Assembly: GCA_000378885.1 (NCBI GenBank)
Contig: KB900461.1
Location: forward strand, 267,765 to 331,764
DNA: 64,000 nucleotides
Direction of reading: 5' to 3'
DNA from: an actinobacterium SCGC AAA044-N04
GTDB lineage: Bacteria; Actinomycetota; Actinomycetes; Nanopelagicales; Nanopelagicaceae
The notes beneath the pieces are model-generated. The model did no database searches and had not been told where the DNA came from. It worked only from the letters and a program-made list of their open reading frames with translations. Both the position numbers and the translations under genes were made by a program. Positions 62,768 to 64,000 of the stretch are shown in pieces. Position 1 is the stretch's first letter. The number at the start of each line of letters is the position of its first letter.

Positions 62768-64000
62768 ATGTCCCAGGTTGAGGCCTTCTCGGCAGCTGAA
62801 GTAATCGCTGCTAAACGCGATCGACATTCATTAACTGATCCACAAATTGATTGGGTGATTGACGCCTACACCCGCGGCGCAGTAGCCGATGAACAAATGT
62901 CTGCGCTGTTAATGGCCATTTTGCTCAACGGCATGGAGTCTAGAGAAATATCCCGTTGGACTGATGCAATGATCAATAGTGGTGAGCGCATGAGCTGGTC
63001 AGCATTAACGCGACCAACAGTTGATAAACATTCAACTGGTGGAGTGGGAGACAAGATTACTTTGCCTCTTGCACCTCTGGTTGCTGCTTGTGGTGCTGCC
63101 GTCCCACAACTTTCTGGTCGAGGTCTTGGTCACACTGGTGGAACTCTAGATAAGTTGGAATCTATTCCTGGCTGGCGCGCATCCTTATCTAATGAAGAGA
63201 TGCTTAAAGTTTTGCAAGATTGTGGAGCAGTAATTTGCGCAGCAGGTGCTGGCTTGGCGCCAGCAGATAAGAAACTTTATGCACTTCGTGATGTGACTGC
63301 AACAGTGGAAGCAATTCCATTAATCGCATCATCCATTATGAGTAAGAAAATCGCTGAAGGAACAAGCGCACTTGTACTTGATGTTAAGACTGGCGCTGGT
63401 GCATTTATGAGTGATCCGCAAAAAGCTAAAGAGTTAGCCCATGTGATGGTCGGTCTTGGAAAACGTGCTGGTGTGAAAACAATTGCATTGGTAACGGCTA
63501 TGGATATTCCACTGGGATTAACTGCAGGTAATGCTTTAGAGGTACGAGAATCTGTAGAAGTGTTAGCTGGCGGTGGCCCTGCAGATATCGTCGAACTCAC
63601 TGTGCTTCTTGCGCGTGAGATGTTAGAAACAGTTGGTATTACAAAGGTTGATCCGGCCGATATGTTAAAAAATGGAAAAGCAATGGATGTATGGCGCAAG
63701 ATGATTAGCGCCCAAGGTGGGGATCCTGATGCAAAGCTTCCAACTGCAAAAGAGAATTTAACTATCACGGCCCAATCAAGTGGAACGATTCTTTCCATGG
63801 ATGCAATGAAAGTGGGATTAGCTGCATGGCGCTTAGGTGCGGGTAGATCGCGCCAAGGTGAAGCAGTCCAAGCTGGAGCTGGAATTGAAATTCACGCTAA
63901 GCCAGGCGAAATCGTGGCCGCAGGAGCACCGCTCTACACATTGCATTCCGATACTCCGGCTGCCTTTGCTCGTGCGCAAGAATCGCTAACTAATTCAGTG
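62768..64000 (+). CDS. deoA: Thymidine/pyrimidine-nucleoside phosphorylase (runs off the window end)
   Basis: Open frame from ATG 62768 with DKHSTGGVGDK, SGRGLGHTGGTLDKLE and SIMSKKIAEG motifs. Confidence 0.93.
   Translation, partial: MSQVEAFSAAEVIAAKRDRHSLTDPQIDWVIDAYTRGAVADEQMSALLMAILLNGMESREISRWTDAMINSGERMSWSALTRPTVDKHSTGGVGDKITLPLAPLVAACGAAVPQLSGRGLGHTGGTLDKLESIPGWRASLSNEEMLKVLQDCGAVICAAGAGLAPADKKLYALRDVTATVEAIPLIASSIMSKKIAEGTSALVLDVKTGAGAFMSDPQKAKELAHVMVGLGKRAGVKTIALVTAMDIPLGLTAGNALEVRESVEVLAGGGPADIVELTVLLAREMLETVGITKVDPADMLKNGKAMDVWRKMISAQGGDPDAKLPTAKENLTITAQSSGTILSMDAMKVGLAAWRLGAGRSRQGEAVQAGAGIEIHAKPGEIVAAGAPLYTLHSDTPAAFARAQESLTNSV

Overview
64 kb of a compact actinobacterial chromosome. 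Gene content, synteny, short intergenic gaps and frequent TANNNT-6/8nt-ATG leaderless starts suggest a streamlined freshwater acI/Nanopelagicales-like lineage (inferred). Most of the window is core housekeeping: greA, phoH2, fum, xseAB, ispH, rmuC, ychF, typA, adnAB, nudC, uvrD2, whiB7, guaB/guaB3/guaA, pcrA, sucCD, purNH, folD, mdh, icd, msiK, trpS, a nucleoside ABC transporter, cdd and deoA. One ~9 kb accessory island (~28.3-37.2 kb) lies between whiB7 and the gua cluster and has no integrase or tRNA. It carries orphan ORFs, a repeat-studded divergent promoter, and a five-gene operon ending in a DUF2130-like nuclease-fold protein. Directly after that operon is a highly structured ~150-nt candidate ncRNA with anti-Shine-Dalgarno loops. 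The island also has a type II R-M operon (EcoO109I-like REase plus HTH-fused C5 MTase with an apparent operator) extended by a Cas4-like nuclease, a MOBC-type (Replic_Relax) relaxase next to a ~150-nt nested inverted repeat (oriT candidate), and a small zinc-finger gene behind a PafBC-type DNA-damage promoter. No rRNA, tRNA, CRISPR array or transposase was found. All family assignments are from motif recognition by eye, without database searches.
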